The notes beneath the pieces were generated by a model. The model was not told where the DNA came from. It searched no databases and was given only the letters and a program-made list of their open reading frames with translations. A stretch of DNA of 54,867 nt from Macrostomum lignano. Lineage: Eukaryota. Position 1 is the first letter of the stretch; every line of letters begins with the position of its first letter. The position numbers and the translations under genes were made by a program. Location of the stretch: contig NIVC01000410.1 of NCBI GenBank assembly GCA_002269645.1, forward strand, positions 1 to 54,867, written 5' to 3'. Of the stretch, positions 49,485 to 54,867 are shown one piece after another.

Positions 49485-51905
49485 TCACTCCCCGTGCAGC
49501 CTACTGCCAGTAGGACTAGTTGAATACGACCGCCTCTTGCCGAAGCGTAGAATGCGCGAATAGGTGAACGAGCCGAGCAGAGCGTAGAAAGCCAGCGCGG
49601 CAACCCACAGGGGCCGGTTGCGATGGGCCCGGCCGCACACCACGTACCAGTCGCTATAGTCTGCGGGCAGCTCGCCTTTGGCGGCCGGACAGGAGAAATC
49701 CCAGTCTTCGTCCATGTCCCTCTCGCAGACGTAGCGGTGCCGAACCTACGGTAAGGCCATCGAAAAATACAATTACTTGAAAGCAAGTTCAATTCCAGCA
49801 AGCTCAAATGATACAAAGATGACGTATAATGTGTTACCTACCTGTAATTATCAGTAATTTAATTGATAATTTATAATATGCCTTTTACTCTACGATCAAG
49901 GATGTACACCCTTGGAGTTTTCGTCCGGAATTTTAAGCTTATTTCGATAGGCGACCTACCCACTGCTTCGCACAACCGATTCGTCTAATACTCGTGTCTC
50001 TGCTACCTACACGACTGCTTCTTATGACCTGTCCGTGACTGATACTCCATGAATTGTCATCCGCTATCTATAAACACTGTTGAACTCACCTGTCCAGAGA
50101 AGTCCTTTTGCTCAACTCTGCACGGCCCGTAGGTCTGGTGGATGCCGTCGCTCACGTGATCCTCCGGCCGGCCAAAGAACATGATGCAAAACAGAGCGGC
50201 ATAGTAACAGCAGAGAGCCAGGTTGATAGAGAAATCTGGAGCAGCACGAATGAATGGACCGCACGGATGCTTCAACAGCGAGCGTCTTGGCGACTGTCGA
50301 GCAATGGCTACCAGGTAGAGACCCACACCGACCATCAGGCTGGACAGTGTCGGCACACCTTGGCGATCCCAACTGATCAGCTGTAGCAGCGCCATTTGCA
50401 CCATCATTAGCGGCGTCGACAAGAGACAAACAGCAACCATGGCAACGGCTTCAGATCGACGCCAGTTCAAATAGACCGTTCTAATCAGGAAGCTGAAGGT
50501 CCCGGTGAAGGTGATCACCCATAGGGTGCTGCCTACCGGAACGCGAGCATTCGATAGCTGATTGGCGGGTCCGTGTCATGCCAGGTCCACCTGATGAATC
50601 AGTTGGTGAATTTCGCGTGTTGCTGACTATGTCTGCTATCAGATGCTTTCGGAATAGTAGAAAGATTGATTGACCGATCACTCAACAGGTTCAATACATT
50701 CTCACTGGTGAAGCACGTTTTAAGCAAATACTTATCAATGCATCGTTACTGGATCTAATCATTTAACATTTAGTTTTGAGTACTGAATACTGAATAAACG
50801 GCTGATTTATTGGGATTGCATCCAATGATATTATCATGCTTGATAGTATGAATGGTTAATTTTTATCATGTTCATTGGTGTTCGTCGTTATTTCCCGTAA
50901 TATTTCCTGTACGGGAGCAGCAGTTTTGGGTTAGGGGTCGTGAGTCGTGTATCAAGGGGCCCATAATCATAAATTGTTGTGTAATAACAATAGGGGTTAT
51001 AGCCCAGAGGTTAGAGTGTCAGATTCATGACTTGAAGGTCCGTGGTTCGACTCCCGATCCCACTGGAACAATTTGTGTCCTTCAGCAAGTCACTTAACTC
51101 TGCATTGCTTCGGTTCACCCAGCTGTAAAATGGAGTGCCAGCATTAGCTGGGGTAATTGAGAGTGTGTGGCGACCCCCCAGTCCTTGGACTGAACAGCCG
51201 TACGCAGCCTTCAGATACGCCGCGCAATAGCTGCGGCTGAGCTGTCGGTTGCACATCTGGCCCAATTGAGCGCAGGTGTAATCAGTTATGATGTAAATGT
51301 AATTAGGCTTAAAAAGTCCCTGCACCCAGATGGGGGGTCACTGTTTCATTAGTCAAACACAAACTCACCAAAGAAACTTGATACCGATGATGTCGTACGG
51401 CATGTAGATCATGATGCCCATGAGACCGCTGAGACAAGCTTCCGCCAGAGTCGGTAGGCCCAGTCGCCAAGCGCTTACCGTAGCAAAGTACATGAACGTG
51501 CAATAAACGCAACAGATGTACAGCGGCAGCCTAGGCGTGAGCATTATTGTTGCTTGAGCCTGCCAGAAGTTGTCAACCAGAGGCAGGTACATAAAAAATA
51601 TGTCGTTTGATGAGCCGGCAAGAAAGCTGGCGAACCAGACGAAGACGTGCCGACGGTCTTGTCGAATAGCGTGGATTAGCGCTAAAGCGGCAAGGAAGAT
51701 AAACAGATACTCGCCGATCAGAAACGTTGGCAGAACCTGAAAAAAGATTTGTTTAAATCTCGGATCTGTGCACAATACGAGCTAAAACTAACAAATAAAA
51801 CGAATTAAAGTTTGTTAAAATTACCTGCCACTGTTCTTTCGGCGACGAAATGTGCTTCCAAGGGATATGATCCCATTTCGAGTACCAAGTTTTTATTAAA
51901 TCCAT
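49485..51905 (-). CDS. Uncharacterised multi-pass membrane protein, DUF7802/PTHR35982-like, copy A (~403 aa; 1-bp deletion at ~50544)
   Basis: Exons 51905-51825, 51736-51369, 50590-50090 and 49745-49485. Motifs DNFWQAQ, RLPLY, PYDIIGIKFLWWTWHDTDP, GPC and WYVVCG are present. The family name is recalled from memory and needs HMM confirmation. Confidence 0.8.
50993..51290 (+). mobile_element. tRNA-derived CORE-SINE (family B) in intron 2 of DUF7802 copy A
   Basis: A-box TAGCCCAGAGG (51000) and B-box GGTTCGACTCC (51044). These are followed by TGTGTCCTTCAGCAAGTCACTTAACTCT...CAGCTGTAAAATGG (51074-51133), which resembles the MIR CORE. Confidence 0.8.
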
Positions 51906-52653
51906 AGTTTCGTTGAGTCTTGGTGGACCTATAACAGATTTCTATAGATCGGTAGTCTGAATATTAACCAAGTGTAGCTGGAAGCTTACTTTAAGAGATC
52001 CAAAATATAATATTTATCGACTCTCTACGTGTAAATTTGTTAGTGTGCTGATTTTTTAAAAAAAATGTGGCGCGAGAGCGATAGCACTAGTACAGCTGAG
52101 CTCTGCTCAAATGCGAGAAGAGAGAAAGAGAGAGAGAAGAAAATCTGGCGCAGTCTTGCACGGACTGTCACTGTATAGCGACCCTCACTGAGTGTCTGTA
52201 GCTTACTAGCTAGCTCCACTATGCTCACACACAACCTTTAACCTTGCTCTATCACTCAATTGTTCCGCTGTGTGGCCTGGGCAGCTCCAAGATAAGCGGG
52301 TAGCAGCAATTCAGGCTCCAGTTGGCAGTCAAGTCAAGGTCACGTACGACAGATACTTGAAATTCGCCTTTCTAGCGAGTAAATTCCGTCTGAGTCCCTG
52401 TCGAATAAATTCCATTTGCCCACTTGTCGAGTAAATTCCATCTGGCTGCATAGTGGAAGAAGCTTACCTGACTTACATGCATACTTAAACAAAAAATCTG
52501 TGCTTTTATTTGCTCAGGTTTTTTGTTCCTACTCAGTCATTCCGGTCGCTTAATTTTCATAGCCTTCTGAAAGTCTGGAAACAAGGTTTTGTTCAAGATA
52601 GTTCAAAACTACTGGTGCACTCGATCGTAATCACAAATGCTAAAATAACAGCA

Positions 52654-53931
52654 ATGGCAAAGTCCAGCATCAACATCGCCCCCGATTACAATCAGTATCC
52701 ATGGCGACACGTCAACAGCATCCACCAGGTTTTTCACGTAGGTTCTATTCTTATTAAAGTACAATAGAATTAAAATTTTACCAATTGAAATGCATGTTTT
52801 TTATCTATAACTTCTTTCAAGGACTCTCCAGTGCTACTAAGCCTCGAGCTGACCACTCTCAGTCTCTACTCGTTGCTAATCCTACACGCCATTCGGCGAC
52901 GCAAACTATCGGTCCTACTTGCTGCCACCATCTCTGGCGCTGTCAACGAAGTTGTATTCACCAGCCTGCGATTGTGAATAACTTCTGGCACGCCCAGGCA
53001 TGGCTGATGCTCGGTCCTCGCTTGCCAGCCTGGCAGCCAGCTCTGTACGGCCTATTCATCTACGTAGCCTGTCAGTCCGCCGACATTTTACACAGTTTTG
53101 GCTGGAACAGCCGCATCGGTCGTGCGGCTGTCGCAGGCATTTTAGCCTTCCTGCTCCTATTCCCCATGGACGCCGTCTGCGTCCGTTTGTGGCTTACACC
53201 TGGCACGACTCCGATCCGCTGCTGGCAGACCGAGTCATGGGCGTGGCAGCCGGTAATGGCATGTTTGCTGTAGCTTTTTCCTTTCTGCTTTGCCGCGCTG
53301 ACTGCTTCTAGTAGACGTTTTGGTCCAGCTTATCGCCTGCTTGCTGGAGCACTCCGAGTATGGTGCTGCTCACCCTGCCGCTGGATCAGTTCGTAGGCGA
53401 CGGTGTACCTACGCAAACCAGCCTGATCGCCCTGTTAGTCGGCATGACGTCAATTGTTGTTGTAGCAGCATCTTCACGTCCGGCTCGCCAGAAAGTTCAA
53501 AGACGACTGCAGACTTGACTATACCGCTGGTGGGGTTCATCTATTATTTAGTGCTGCTTTCAGTTTCAATTCTGGCTGATCCAGGCCAGAAAAGCGTCGG
53601 ATTTCATCAGCCTCTTTCGCCGATCGGCCCGTGCCTGGCGACATTACCGACCTGTCTGCAAGCGGTCGTCAGCGTCAAATATACCTTTGTCCAAACGAAT
53701 TATCAGCAGCCACAAGGGATGTCCTGGATCCGACTGCGACCCGACGAGAAGCATCGATCAGCACTGGTACGTTGTGTGCGGACGGCCATTCGACTCTGCA
53801 GGCAACAGTGGTGGCAGCAGGCGAACATTCGTTATCAGCTGGCTTGCATTGCAGCACTTGGGATGCTGGGCTTGACAGCTGTCAGCGGGGCTTGTCGTGA
53901 CATTCTACGTTACACGCTGCATCTATGGTAA
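52654..53931 (+). pseudogene. Paralogous DUF7802-like copy B, about 7 or more frame disruptions
   Basis: Exon 52654-52728 (..YPWRHV..) is followed by 52822-53931. Colinear blocks LHAIRR, NNFWHAQ, PRLP, YTWHDSDP, STP..GVPT, GFHQ..GPC and HWYVVCGR switch between all three frames. Could be a pseudogene or consensus error. Confidence 0.75.
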
Positions 53932-54867
53932 AAATATCGGCAGAGCAACCTTTCGTCAATGATCGAATTCACGAAGAAATAGCTTGATGATACAAGCAAC
54001 AAATGCTGGTTGGACGAAACAAAAGTCAATGCTAGTCCAGTTTATTGTGTCACTATTACACAGTAAAACGCAGTTTTTCGTGCTTTAAAGTAAAATATTT
54101 TAGTTGACTGCGAAGATTAGGCTGTCATTTTTTCTATCCTATGATTTTAGGCACAAAACTAAAAGCTTTGCAAGTAAGCGTGCAGTACATATTATTAATT
54201 TAAATGATTCGTGAGCAAAGAAAGGCGTGATTGCTTTCAAACAATTAATAAACTGAAAAAAAAGTTGACTAAAGAAATTTTATTTGATTCGATAAGACTT
54301 TAGAATAAGCAAGTTTATACTTTATTAATCTTATCTCAGCTTCTCTCATTTTTAGTGCTGGAAAATAAAATGTTGTTGTGAACTATAATTTGCTTTAGCC
54401 TCTGTGCCATTCCAGAAGGGTGCAGAGTGCTAGTAAAAAACTGTTTATGACTCAGATCCTCGGTAGATAAATGTTGGTTGTTGATGGCGAAATAGATATT
54501 CATACACGATGCGAAAAGCGTCTCTAAAAATGCGAGTTCGCAAACGTTCCTTATTTAACGCCACTTTCTGTGCTATACTAACCCCCTAAAGATGCAAGCT
54601 CGTCTCAATGAGTGAGACCAATCTGGGTTGCAGAGCCTCCATTCTTTCTTCATTTTCTCTATTTGATTGCCGTACTGAACTTAATGGGTACAGCAGTGCT
54701 CCGTCTTTAATGCAAGTTCACGCGCTGTAATTTTCATATATATTTTTACTCTTTCTCAAGGACAGGGCTGCTTGTCTGAACGTCATAACCGAATTTATAT
54801 TTTTGCTGGAATTGTCTCTACTAGGTAGTACCTGATACTTCAAATGACTATAAGTATGGTAAACTCA

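Noticed and set aside
50993-51065. Functional tRNA-Met gene
   Set aside because: Imperfect anticodon and acceptor stems, and it runs directly into a SINE CORE and tail.

Overview
Eukaryotic (invertebrate animal) genomic DNA with GT-AG introns. GC-rich polyQ-containing exons and very dense minisatellites suggest a free-living flatworm such as Macrostomum, but this is inference only. I reconstructed seven genes by hand from splice sites and reading-frame phase: (1) a Wnt11-family ligand (minus, 6401 to 1137; last exon not in the window; 1-bp frameshift; Arg/Gly-rich insert); (2) a ~1090-aa DSTYK-like protein with a dynamin-type GTPase domain fused to an apparently dead kinase domain (minus, 14950 to 7964); (3) an intronless achaete-scute bHLH gene; (4) CFAP300/C11orf70 (6 exons); (5) a divergent tetraspanin-like 4-TM gene lacking CCG; (6, 7) a head-to-head pair of paralogous uncharacterised multi-TM genes (DUF7802/PTHR35982-like), one heavily frameshifted and lacking two introns. 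Mobile DNA includes a full-length DD34D mariner, two tRNA-derived SINE families (one with a MIR-like CORE domain) and an hAT-type MITE. About a third of the window is tandem repeat, including a ~15.5-kb stretch with no recognisable gene and at least nine different arrays. Caveat: single-base indels at short homopolymers in several genes may be long-read consensus errors rather than real lesions.
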